From NCBI GenBank assembly GCA_017499595.2, contig CM039008.1, forward strand, positions 1,674,001-1,738,000: a stretch of DNA of 64,000 nt, read 5' to 3'. Made by a program: the position numbers and the translations under genes. Positions 23,400-35,252 of this stretch are shown here, piece by piece. This DNA is from Psilocybe cubensis (taxonomy: Eukaryota). The stretch's first letter is position 1. Each line of letters begins with the position of its first letter. Below the pieces are notes generated by a model. It was not told the DNA's origin and searched no databases. It saw only the letters and a program-made list of their open reading frames with translations.

Positions 23400-25370
23400 T
23401 ATCACGGTAATCGCGGCGAAGCTTCCTTTCTACACAAGAGAATGTATTCGCATAGCTAAGTTTGAAGGCACACGACGCCCAAGTCTGTATTCAGGTGATT
23501 AAACTGACAGGTTTGTCTCTTTGAGCCCCAGAATACCAGGCTGATATGTCCTTTGGTCCGAGCTTTTTTACCCGATGAAATGACCTACGATTCAGTTGTG
23601 ACCAGCGCTTCTGCAATTCATTTTACCGGCGCTTCACACCTGATAAACTATTATTCGTTCAGAGTTAACGAATTATGCAAAAATGGATTTTCTACTCTAG
23701 GTTCAATCTTTGTCCCAATATCACTCTATCACATCAGTTCCCTTAATGTCGGCAAAACATTCCAGCCAGCTTGCTCCCGTAGCAAAGAAATGCACTATAT
23801 CAATTGATTAGTCGGTGCAACGCTCAATAAAAGATACTTACGTCGTATATGATTGGCTTCCAAGAAGGCTCAATAAAAGATACTTACGTCGTATATGATT
23901 GGCTTCCAAGAAGGAACAGCTAGAAGAAAGACCAACAAAACAACGGCACCAACCTCCACCCTTGTTGGAGGTACGTATTCTATGGCTCTTTCTGATGATA
24001 CTTCAAGGGTCCTGTGATCCTTCAGCGAAGCAGTTATTCTCTCCCAAAGGTAAATTTTCCCTCCGGATGTGCCAGAAATCAGGAAAGAGGAGCTACCAAT
24101 GGATTGTGCCACAGCAACTGTCTGTGTCATTTCGCTCTCTAAGATTTTGTGTGGTCATAGGAAAGTAAGTAAAGTAATGAGCTGTGATCGCGTTGGCATA
24201 CCTATTTCTCCAGTACCCAGCGACGCTACTACGTCATTTGTTGATATTTCGACCACATACATTCTGTTTGTATCACTGCCGCACACGGCGTATTTATTGT
24301 TGTCCATGAATCGACACTGCTTGATGAAAGTTCGCGATGAGATAATGGGTAGAGTCTTTATGAGCACCGTGGGTGCCAGTCGATAGAGTTCGGATGTTCC
24401 GTCCGAAAGATTGTAGGCAAGTAAAAGTGACCTGTCGTCGGATACAGAGGCACTTCCGCTATAGACGCATCAATAATTCAATCACGCTATCATAAAATAC
24501 ATAGCTTACATTGCGCCTGTCAAACTTCTTCTCCAAACGACGTTGCCGCTGGATACATCCCAACAGACACTGAATATAAAAACTGGGTCAATATTGAATA
24601 TTTGAACATTAAAACAGACGTACACTTCCGATGTGTGAAGTGCAAACGTAAGAAGGAATTGGTTTTCGGATCCCCAGAAAGATAGTCCTCCTGGAGCACT
24701 ACGTCGATAATCAGCCATCCAGAGACAGCGCACTAGTGCTACAGTGGCCTATCAGCGAGGAGAGAGCGCGTGGAACGAATATATATACATTTATCGACGG
24801 TATACACCCTCAAGTCACCAGATTGACTCGCAACTGCAATTCGGGAGTGGATTGGGTCGTAAGCATGAAATTCCACAGGATCGTTGTATTGAAAGACGGT
24901 TGATGTGGTCATTTCAGAGACATTCAATGGCTTTGGAGAAATATAGTTCAGTGATTATGTGATGTGTAAGATCACTGCAACGTACGTAACGATTACCAGT
25001 ATTCCACGGAACAAAAGAGAGATTCCCTCGAGCAGAACCAACGCAAAGTAATGCTGTACCTGATGTACATTCAACAGAGGTGTCGGGGTATAGCAAGGAC
25101 AACGTTGTGACCTGTCCCCAACTATCATTCTCAATAGTCTGAAGACATAGCAACGTTGTCGTGCTCCACACTCGGACCTTTCTATCGTCGCCTGTTCTTA
25201 TGTATAAATGCTAATTGACCGTGACATCCAAGACTTGAAGGCGTACCTCCAGATAACAAATATTTCCCCCCTTTGCTGAATATTAACGAGTTAATTGCCA
25301 ATGAGCTGTTTATGTCCAATTTCCCTTTGAGAGAAAACTCGAAGTTTGTTATCTGAGAGACTCATCATAA
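23400..25370 (-). CDS. WD40-repeat protein (multi-exon, possibly damaged)
   Basis: AINSLIFSKGGKYLLSG / GDDRKVRVWS, IAVASQSGDLRVY, YAVCGSDTNRMYVVE, FLISGTSGGKIYLWE; hydrophobic C-terminal segment. Confidence 0.75.
23822..23914. repeat. 46-bp perfect tandem duplication within the WD40 gene 3' part
   Basis: GCTCAATAAAAGATACTTACGTCGTATATGATTGGCTTCCAAGAAG x2. Confidence 0.92.
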
Positions 25371-25894
25371 GTAAGTTGGTGGTTGACAGTTTAAATGACA
25401 ACAAATTAGCAATAGCTCTTACATTCGATTTGTGCATGATGCTTTGTGTTCGATATTGAATACGATTTATGGTCCAGTAATATATACTCTCAGTTGGAAT
25501 ACCAGGGACAAGGTACCCTCGAAGACTGATAAAAAGGGTTTATAAACCTCTTTCTCAAATGGACCATATATCCATTGTCCGCCATAAATAGAAATTTCTT
25601 GGCGCCCAGGTAGAGTGTGTTGTTCAACAAAGTCGTCAGCGGCAGAAAAAGGAAGGTTGGTTGGTTGCTGAGGGAAGACGTAAGTACTACCCGAGATTGA
25701 GTTCTAATTAAGTGGCTTGATTTTTTGAGCCTTTTCAGCTACTTCCGGCGTTGATGATATGCGACTTAACAACCATTGACACTGGAATTTCAATCCTTCT
25801 AAATGTTGCCAGCATTTTTCTAGTTCTTTTCGGAATTGGGAATATATAAATATTACAGGATTGAGCAACATGCGTACCAACTTGAGTTATCAAA

Positions 25895-26909
25895 ATGAGC
25901 CCTCGTTTTTATGTCCAGCCTCTTCTCCCTGTTATCATGGCGCGCTTCGAGTTCGAGGTTTCTCCACCTCCCAAGCTTCCTGTGATTCTTATGAGGATTA
26001 ATTTCGATCACGCCAGCCACCTTGAATCAAATAGTGCTAATAGTGGTAACCATGCTGATGACTCTTCAGAGTCCAGCTCATCCTCTTTACTTACAGACAA
26101 AGAAAGTATACGTATGTTCTACTATCCGTGATGCTTCTGCCTTGTCTTGACAAAGTTGATTTTCAGACCCAGAAACTCCGGAAGAGTCGGGAGCTTTGGA
26201 AGTTCAGGTCCAGCAGGAAGAACCCGTGGTTAATCCTGTTGGGCCAAGTGAGCAGCTTCAACAACGCCCCACTCAGGAGCTTCAACAACGCCCCACTCAG
26301 GAACCAAGAGTTCCTTCTCCCGCCATATCCGTTGTTGATCAACCACAGGGATTGAGGATTCGCGAATGGGTGGGTCAGAGATCCCAGAATAATGGTACAC
26401 CATCCAGCGACGTTTGAAAAATTCCCAAGCCACCTGGCAAGCCAAGTCGTCGTGCAAACGGGTACCCCTTTAAAGAAACCCTATTGTCTCATGGGTGGCT
26501 TGAAAGTGATATAACAGCATTCAGGGTTAGACAAATATGGTCATCCGACCAGTTACATTATATACTTAATGATGGCTGATACCAAACATCAACAGGAACG
26601 TGTGAAAATTTTAGTCAAGGACACGCTTAGTGTAAAGCTCCCTTACAGCAGTCAGAAGAAAAATGTAGAAAAGATTTGTGCCGAGGTTTGTCTATTGAGA
26701 TTTATCACTTTATTCTACTCTCAATGGAATGGTTTGTGACAGGTCCTTAGAGACCAAAGGTGGAGTGAACTCCTCCAAAACTATGAGAATAACTGGCCCC
26801 TTTATAGTGCAGTTAAAGTTGCGCTCAAGTCTGAACGTGATAAAGCCGACAAAGCGTTGGCTTAGGGTAGCGAGCACGATGTCATAGTTCGTGGAGATGA
26901 CATAGTATG
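25895..26909 (+). pseudogene. Uncharacterised basidiomycete IPKPPG..GY..GW..YENNWP-type protein with an in-frame stop
   Basis: SDV*KIPKPPGKPSRRANGYPFKETLLSHGW; later exon LLQNYENNWPLYSAVKVALK; TGA at 26415-26417; 24-bp coding tandem repeat (ELQQRPTQ). Confidence 0.55.
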
Positions 26910-26981
26910 ACAACAAAGGCAATTGACGCGTAGGTAGTATATGTTCATAGCCACCGAATGTCAACCTGTAAAAGTGATTCA

Positions 26982-27090
26982 AAGTTGCAACCAAGGGGGT
27001 ACCGATCTTCAAAAATCGGACACGACGTTGGTTTTTTTTTTTTGAGGGCAATTTGCCCAACCTACCTCCGTACCCCCTTGGTTGCAACTT
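26982..27090. repeat. 21-bp perfect inverted repeat with 67-bp spacer (MITE-like or hairpin)
   Basis: AAGTTGCAACCAAGGGGGTAC (26982-27002) and GTACCCCCTTGGTTGCAACTT (27070-27090). Confidence 0.9.
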
Positions 27091-27345
27091 GACTGTGACG
27101 TGCTTAATGTGACGTACCTGATGCGTTAATACCTGATGCTTTATGCCAAATTGAGCACAATAACTCTAGGTCCAACCCCGTCAGGGGTGGAACCATAGCG
27201 AATTGGCCTGCATGTTAACGTCCAGATCATTGGACCATTTGAGCATACTGTAGTCGGAAAGATAACGGCCCTTCCTTTAAAAGTCAAATGAAAAAGTTTA
27301 TACCAACATCCCATAAACTCTCAGCCTTTCAAGAACAATCCCAAA

Positions 27346-28599
27346 ATGAAAAATGCACCGTTCCAGGTTCTTGCCGATGCAATTGAACGCCAGGGCCACC
27401 GGTTCCTCTACCAAGTAAACCCCGCGCTCACTCTGAATCCACCTCTCAGTCCTGTGTTGAAATCCTTTCTCATTGTTGGTATTGTTGCACCTGCCTCCAT
27501 GGGTACCGCATTACATGATATTGGGGATGCTGATATCGCGGTAAGTACAATTTCATAGACCCCATTATATGAAATTTGATTGATGTTGGATCCCAGAATG
27601 CTCCTCTGTGTGACGGTACTCCCATTGACGGTGTATTGACGTTAATGAGACCGCTAGAGAAGGACCCATTTTACGATGACATATGGGACGCTCAGATTAA
27701 TAAACTTTGCTTGTACCAATCTACAATGAATGCCAGGTATAGGCCTAAAACGGATAACGTAAGGATACTGTGACGAAAGTTATTGTGGTCTAGATTTCCT
27801 AAATCGTCTATAGGGATCCTACTTTCAATTTCCATTGTTAAAGCCTCACAGCACACAAACAGTCATTGATATCAAGTTCCCCAAAATTAGGGTACATTTT
27901 CTCTCTCATTTATAGCCTTAAGCTGACGCATTTCATCGATTAGCCAAGGGAAAGAGATGACGGAATTGTTACGTGGCGAGACATAAGCCAAGGTATGTCT
28001 GTTTCTTGTATAATATGGTTACATATTACTATATCTAATATGCATCAGTTGTACCCGGGGCTACTTACCACCCCAGTATCATGGATCATGCATCGCATCC
28101 TGTCTTCAATTACAGAAAGGATGTCCTCCTTCAACCCAACATATATGACAGCTACGGTCACATGGTGCCCCCTTGGCTGTTGCAGAGTGAACTTCGCCCA
28201 CACACCATGGTTTTAGCTGATGTATATCCAACTGTCACAGACTCGGTGATTATATCGGACACTGGGACACCTAGATCATGTCGGGTATGTAAGCAACTAC
28301 ATATGTGGTACGCATTCATATCTCATGAATATCATTTACAGACCTTTGAGATCTGGGCGAAAAACGTAAAAGTCCTCCAGCGGGGGACTTTGCCAATGGA
28401 GAAAAATTTTCTACCATCGTACGGTGCAATTGAACGAGTTTCGTACCGGCCCAGGGAAGTCAGACTCAAAACAAAACGAGTAGCAAGAATGAGCACTGGT
28501 GGAAAGCCTCCCAGAAGGAGAAAGAGTGCTCAAAGTGGGATTCGTGAGGGTGATCTAACATCAAACTCAAAAGAAGTAGATAGAAGTAGGTTGGACTAA
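27346..28599 (+). CDS. 6-exon protein (about 325 aa) with a putative beta-rich/OB-like core and a C-terminal histone H3 tail mimic carrying K9M
   Basis: Exons 27346-27540, 27597-27758, 27814-27891, 27944-27992, 28049-28284, 28342-28599 splice GT-AG into one open frame; KTKRVARMSTGGKPPRR at 28468-28518. Confidence 0.8.
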
Positions 28600-28811
28600 C
28601 ACACCGAATACGCTTAGCTTATTTAAAGGAAATAATTCTAGTAAAACCGAGACTGAGAACCGAGACTGAGTAAAAAAAAAATTCTGTGTGCTACGGGGGA
28701 CAGAAGCTATGGAATTTGAGCATACATTACTCATGTATTTTATATTTACTCACTTGGGGACACAATTTTGGAATTGAACTCGACAGGTCAAGCTACACCT
28801 CTTCTGACACC

Positions 28812-29260
28812 AATCTTCTCCGCGCTCTGCAGAATCTAGGGTGTCACCCCCACTGACGCACCGGGGACGATACCTCCCTCTTCAGTAATGGCGGTCGCTT
28901 CGACGATGGCCCAGTCCAGAGGCTTGGATGGGTCCCCGTGATTGCGGCGGAGGGAGTAGTAGCCGTATGTGAGATCTTGTGGAAACACTATTGGTTCATT
29001 GGGAATGGAAGTGAGTGGGGTGTCGGAGAAAGGAGGTACAAAGAAAAGACGCACTGAACAAGTGTTTATCTGCAAACACAATCCTTCCTGCATTGATTCC
29101 CTTTGCTATGTCTTTTCCGACCTGATGGGGGTACCGCCACGCGATCCTAAACGTGTAGTCGTGAAGTAAATGTGAGATGAAGCGTACATATCGAGTCTCG
29201 CCCATCTGTCCTCCACTTAGGGCCAACACTGGATCCTACGAAAAGGTTGAACTTTTTCTT
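28812..29260 (-). pseudogene. ACH1: Acetyl-CoA hydrolase/CoA-transferase fragment, short copy
   Basis: [72 protein letters not shown]; inverted copy of 53092-53540. Confidence 0.85.
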
Positions 29261-29760
29261 TGCGCTGTCGACTGCGAGCAACTGGTTGTGGAATTTTTTG
29301 ATTGCGTTTTTCACGCCTTTCATTACCTCCGCAATTAATTTTAGATATGGGTTCGTCTTTGCGGGTAAGATACCCATTCACGTTGTATAGAAATCGTTCC
29401 GCGATATAACTGAATTCTCTTTGTCCAGCATGTAACCTCACTGGAGCTGTGATTGTGTTTTTCTTCTTGTACGAGAGTTCGGACCTTTCGCTAGAGAGTG
29501 TCGATAACGTACGTGTTGTTTTTCGAATCGAATTCAAATCTAATATCCCATTGACCCGACTGCGGCTGACCACACATTCTTAGATGTACAATGAGCCACA
29601 TTTCAAGCCTTGGACATCCAGCTCCTGGGCTCCTGCTGGTTACTCATCACGCTACGACCTTGTCGAACAAACAAAGGCGGCCCAGGCACGCAAGCCGCTC
29701 GCGAGTGGTGCCATTGAAGAGAAGCAAATCGAGCACGCCGGACAGCCAAATGGCGTCAAT
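29261..29760 (+). pseudogene. 3' fragment of an MFS sugar porter (hexose transporter), introns retained
   Basis: [34 protein letters not shown] / CNLTGAVIVFFFLYESSDLSLESVDN / MYNEPHFKPWTSSSWAP. Confidence 0.88.
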
Positions 29761-31072
29761 GGACAGGCGGTCCCTGGGTATACGGCTGCCCCCGGTGTTG
29801 GAGCAGGATTCGGAGGCGACGCGGGTGCGGGAGGTCTCCAAGCTCCTCAAACGATGATGAACATGCCTAACTTGATCTCCAAGGCACTCAGGGTTACAGA
29901 CGGGCTTCGAGTCGCGTTCCACCGCCACCCAGCGATAGCTATACACTGCCTCCTGAAAGTGGGTTCGGGTTCGCGACTGGGGCTGCTGTGAAACCCGGTC
30001 CTGGGGGACGTGAGATTACCGTGGACATGGACCCCAGCAGGGGTCTGCAGGGCGGAGTTGGTCTGACCAAGGAAGGCCCTCCGGGAGGTATCGGAATGTC
30101 GGAAGCTGATGGACACGGAAACAAGGGCAACAGGTTGGAAGCGGGAGACTTGGGGAGGGTGCTGTGAGTTATCATGACCCTGTTTCCTCTCTGCACTTAC
30201 ATTATTCCACCCATGCTATATATTGGATTATTATAACAGACGACATGATGTCATGATTTCTCCTACATATCATAGTTGTATGATAGCTCGGTGTATTATT
30301 TTATTATACGGCTTGCGGGATTCAGAGACTGGTCCCTCAAAATTGATGGTTTTGCGTTCCGTTATCTTATGTGTGGACGTCAGTTTAATTATTCATGGTT
30401 TTACCTTAACTCCTACCGCCAGTATGCAGGGGTGACGCGCGTCCATTGTCAGTCGTGTAGTCGTGTATATATCATATAAGTCTCGTGCTGGGAATTTTTT
30501 TTTTCCGAAAAAAAAATAGCAATCGGCGTAGCATTGCCGACCTTCAGGGACAGGGGCTGTTAAGGGCCAGTTATCGACGCTTCCGAGGTGGTTCATGTCT
30601 AAGCTCATGGCCGATGTACTGTGATTGGGTACCATAGGGCTACAATTCTCGATCAACGTGTACAAGCGAACATGCCTCACCTTTGGTCTTCACCTTTGGT
30701 CTGCATTGCCTTCATACACCCCTGTGCTTCAATGCAAGTCTTTATGTGACGTCGAGGTTGGGGGGAGCTGCACATTGCGCAGACGTGGTGTTACGCACAT
30801 CGTAGATTGAAAAAATATGTGAGAGTTCTGGCAGTTAGGTCGAACCCGGACTTGTTGGGTGGAGTACGGGGTTACAACTGACGATCGTAGTGCGGTGGGA
30901 GTCGAGACTTAAAAGCGAAACAGAAACAAGTCGAAAGAAAAAGGGAAAGCGATGGCATGAGCCCTCCGCAGAGCTACTTATAACATTGACCGCCATGAAC
31001 CGAATGCCAACCAGCGTTCGAGATTCGAGGAATAGACTTAACCCCGGATCTGGTTGAAGGGGCGCGTTGGTA

Positions 31073-31111
31073 CCAATTGATGCAGTGGGCGGTGTCGGAG
31101 TTTGAAATGCT
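31073..31111. repeat. 39-bp inverted repeat with 48215-48253 (also present at 49861-49899 in the duplicate)
   Basis: CCAATTGATGCAGTGGGCGGTGTCGGAGTTTGAAATGCT matches the reverse complement at 48215 with 1 mismatch. Confidence 0.85.
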
Positions 31112-31356
31112 TGTTCTGCTGCTCACGTATCTTCCGACTTCGTCACTTTTAGTGACGATCCGACCCTCGCACTCACAGAACTGCAATATTTTCTGACTTT
31201 GTTCACACTGTATTCTCTATTCTCAAAATCACTGCATAGTGTCGTGTTCGGGTTACCCGCAACCGATCAACCGGCTCAATTATAAATTTCCTTTTACGAC
31301 TTCAGTCATTGTGTCATCCATAAATATCTTTTGACTGTAAGTATCACATTCATTGT

Positions 31357-31500
31357 GTTTCGATTTCCTTTTAGGCTGCCAGATTGTTGTGAGATACAAG
31401 CAAAAGTGACAGTGTTGAGCTTTGTAGTAGTATCCATGGTTTCGATTTCCTTTTAGGCTGCCTGATTGTGGTGAAATACAAGCAAAACTGAGAGTGTTCA
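31357..31500 (+). repeat. Imperfect tandem repeat (about 62-bp unit, 82-bp period) upstream of the transposase
   Basis: GTTTCGATTTCCTTTTAGGCTGCC.GATTGT.GTGA.ATACAAGCAAAA.TGA.AGTGTT x2. Confidence 0.85.
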
Positions 31501-31600
31501 AAGGTTTTAAGGCCTACCATTTTCTCCGGCGACACAAAAGACCTCAAACCGCGTGGACTTTCAACGGCAGAAAACTCGTCTTTTTTATCTGATTCGCCAT

Positions 31601-34600
31601 ATGCCCCCAGTATATGTGTGTCACTGCACGTTTCGGGGTTGTGGAAATGATCCGAATGGGGTCACGCTGTCATGCCGTGTTTACAAGGACCATCAGGCAA
31701 GGGAGGAGAAATACCAGCAAGGCCTGAACTATCTGAAGCTTCAAAGAGAAGCTATAGAGAGACAAGAAGACCGAATAGCTCTGGAATTAGACAACATATC
31801 CCCGAGTGACCCCATTGCTTTCTTTTCATCCTTTACCCAAGAAGCCAAATACAGAGCCGACCATAAAAAACGTCTGATAGATAATATCAGCCTAGCGCGC
31901 AGAGATGTCCAGGCCCTACTCAAAGATATCACAAGCATCGGCAAAGCTCCCATTAATTATCCACCGGCTCATGAGATTGAGCATTCCCTTCACCAGTGTT
32001 CGGAAATTCGGAAGTCTGTAGAGCAACCATCCCGAGTGCTCCATACGGCACAAACCAGCGCTCTCCGTAAAGAGCCATCCATTATAGCCATGCGAGAGGC
32101 ACTGCACACAGACATCGATGAACTCGTGTCACTTACGAACGATATTGAAAGGTCGTGGATTGCGGCCTCGGTTGAACGTCAGGAATACGAACGTTTACGC
32201 CAGGGAAAGTCAGACTATAATACTGGTAAGTCTCCCTTCTACATTCATGTAGAGCAGAGTCTTACAGTTCCGCCCTTTAAGACCGGCATTTTGAACCTAT
32301 ATTTGTAGGGACGTCACCTATCATACAGCTCGCATCGTTGATGGTGGTCGTGTGTAATGTAATACTTGGCTTACCACGACGTGGATGCTTCTGGCTTTTC
32401 GAAATGTGCGCGTTCATTGTACAGGGAACCGCCGAAAAAGCGTTTGGGAATGGTCGACTGACACCATATTTCATCAATTTACTCTCACTTTTTCCCCGTG
32501 ATGTGAGAACCCAAACATTGATGTTTCGACTTGACAGTGAAGCCACAATATACGCAGTCTGTCCAAAATGTCATGCTACATATAAGCCAAGCGGAAAAAC
32601 CTCTCTGCCAGTTTATAGAGAGAGATGCAACTCGGAGCGATACAGCAATCGTTGTGGTGAAATAATTGTACAGCCAAAAATCATACAAAACAGGCGTGTG
32701 CTACTGCCAATCATTCCGTATGTGGTTTATGACTTTCAGGATTGGATGGCGAACCTCGTATCTCGAACTGGATATGAGCAAATGATGGACGATGCATGGG
32801 AACGGACAAATGTACCATCCGACGGAATCATTGAAGACATTTTTCAAGGAACTGCTATTCGTGAATTCAAAGGTCCTGATAACAAGACACATTTCAGTCT
32901 AACCGGAGATGAATCAACTGGGAGGTACCTTTTCTCAATGGGCTTTGACTTTTTCAATCCGCTTCGCAACCTTGCCAATGGAAAGAAGATATCTATTGGA
33001 ATTATTGCACTCGTCTGCCTGAATCTTCCAATCCATCTTCGATATAAGCCCGAGAACATGTTCTTGGCCGGAATAATTCCAGGACCCAAGGAACCTCGAC
33101 TTGACGCCATTAATCCATACATTCAGCCAATTGTTGACGTCTTTCTGCTGCTATGGAGAGGCATAAAACTAACGCGTACCGCAAAATATGATATTGGGCG
33201 TATTATAGTATGCGCATTGATTGCCATCATCTGTGACCTACCTGCTGCCAGAAAAATAGGCGGATTTGCGGCCTGCACTCACGAATACTTCTGTTCTGTC
33301 TGTTGGTGTACCAAAACAGAACATACCTTCAATAATTTTGAAGTGTCGACGTGGAGGAGGAGAACACGCTCTGAATGTCACAATCGCGCTGCTCAATTTC
33401 TCGCTGCCCCGACCTTGAAGCATGCACAGAGTTTGCTTGACAGATCAGGAATACGCTACTCTGAGCTCTGGAGGCTTCCGTATTTTGACCCAACAAAACA
33501 TCTTGTTATCGACCCTATGCACAACCTGTTTCTAGGATTACTGAAGGAGCACTTCCAAAATATTCTTGGATATATACCAAAAGGCACAAAGGATAGAAGG
33601 AGGCCAGAACTGTGGAATCCGGAAGAGGTTATCTCCGTTAACCTCACCTTTGATCCAGACAACCCGCTGCCAGATCACACAAAAGAACGGGCATCAGTTC
33701 GGAGGTTACTCGCATATCTCAAAGCCCCACTGGGGTTCAGTAAAGATGATGTAATATTGTGTGACGCAGCTGTCAGCCGCTGGATCACTGTTCATTCATC
33801 AGCACTAGTATTCATCGGTAGAGGATTGGGCTGCATTCCTCGGTCAGTGATGCCTGATGGGAAGGATACATCAGATCTATCCGGAAAGCGTTGCTTTACA
33901 AAGAAAAAACTGGCACATATGCTCCTCACATGGGTAAATATTCGCAATGTCATAATTTGAAACTGGTATTGATATAGTAAAATTGTCAGAGGTTACAGCA
34001 GGTAGAAAACTCTGCTCCTGATACGAATAATCAACTGGTTCCTGGGGTAATTTTCACTCAGGACGAAATTGAAGCCATATGGTTGGATATCGAAACAGTT
34101 GTCAAACCATCTTGGGCAACATCGGTTCCGCCAACCATTACTTCGATCGGCCCAAAGCTCAAATCTGACCAATGGCGAAGCATTGGCACCCTTTTTTTGC
34201 CTATTTCTCTCTTGCGTTTATGGGGGAAAGAAGAACAAACCCAAGCGCGGAAGGACCTCCTTCATCTTACCATGTTACTTTGCTCGGCAATCTGTATAGT
34301 GACGTCTCGAACTATTTCTCTCAAAGGTCAAGCTGACGAGTATAATAATTACATGATACAATATCGGAAAGAGCTCCAGCGGCTCTTTCCAAGATACAAA
34401 TGTCATCCCAACCATCATATGGCTATGCATATAGGAGAGTTTCTTGGTTTGTATGGACCCGTACATGGATGGTGGACATTTCCTTTCGAACGAATGATTG
34501 GAACTCTACAAGGCATAAACACCAACTACAAGAAAGGTAACAGTATAGATAAAATTAAAGTGCTGGCATTAGAGACTAAAGTCAATTTAATTTTAGGGCA

Positions 34601-35252
34601 ATTTGAACAGACCATTTCGAAGACTTGGCATCTGTCCTCAAATTTCAAATCATTGTTTGTCAAAAATATTTGCCCCCAGGCCATTCGAGATTGTGTCAGG
34701 ATGTTTAACACACTGATCAAGCCTCAGAACAAGAACATGCTTGCAGAGGATATGGACACCGATGACGAAGATATGACATTTGTCGAGCAAACATCTCACC
34801 GCAAGACGAGCCTTTCTCCTCAACAAATATCGGCCATACAGGCAAACCTTGAAGACCCCTATAAGCGTGTTCCAACATCAGCGTACGTTAAGAATCGAAG
34901 GGTCATTGACGGAATTTCATATTGTACAAACACAGTACACATGGGAAATAGCTGTGTACTCAGGAGGGGCTCCGACATCCCTTACTCGATTATCCAAATT
35001 CTCGAGTTTGAAAACACCACTATCGGTAAAACATGGCTTTTAGTCCAACGGCACAAAAAGGCACCCGTTGAAGTAGATCCTTATACAAAATATTCTTACT
35101 TGCGAGCAAAAATATGGGGGCTGGACTTGATGGAAGATATTGAAGCTATACCAATATCTCAGGTGGAAACACATTATTCAAAATGCCAGTTTAATTGGGC
35201 AGGTTCTGAAGTTATTGTAGTGGTTTCACTTTCCCGGGTCCATGTCATATAA
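31601..35252 (+). CDS. En/Spm (CACTA, Tnp2/Transposase_21-like) DDE transposase, 4 exons, about 1160 aa, apparently intact
   Basis: Exons 31601-32225, 32282-33933, 33990-34536, 34597-35252; motifs FDFFNP, LNLP..RYKPENMFLAGIIPGPKEP, CDLPAARK, FCSVC, RYSELWRLPY, DPMHNLFLG, PNHH, WWTFPFER. Confidence 0.92.

Larger units (their letters stand above)
29582..32742 (+). repeat. 3.16-kb segmental direct repeat, copy 1
   Basis: Nearly identical to 48370-51530 (offset 18788); the ORF track is duplicated. Confidence 0.97.

Noticed and set aside
28441-28599. A true histone H3 gene or pseudogene
   Set aside because: Only residues 2-18 match; no histone-fold sequence follows, and the motif is internal to an unrelated protein.
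31357-31500. CRISPR-like repeat-spacer array
   Set aside because: Only two imperfect units, eukaryotic context, no cas genes.
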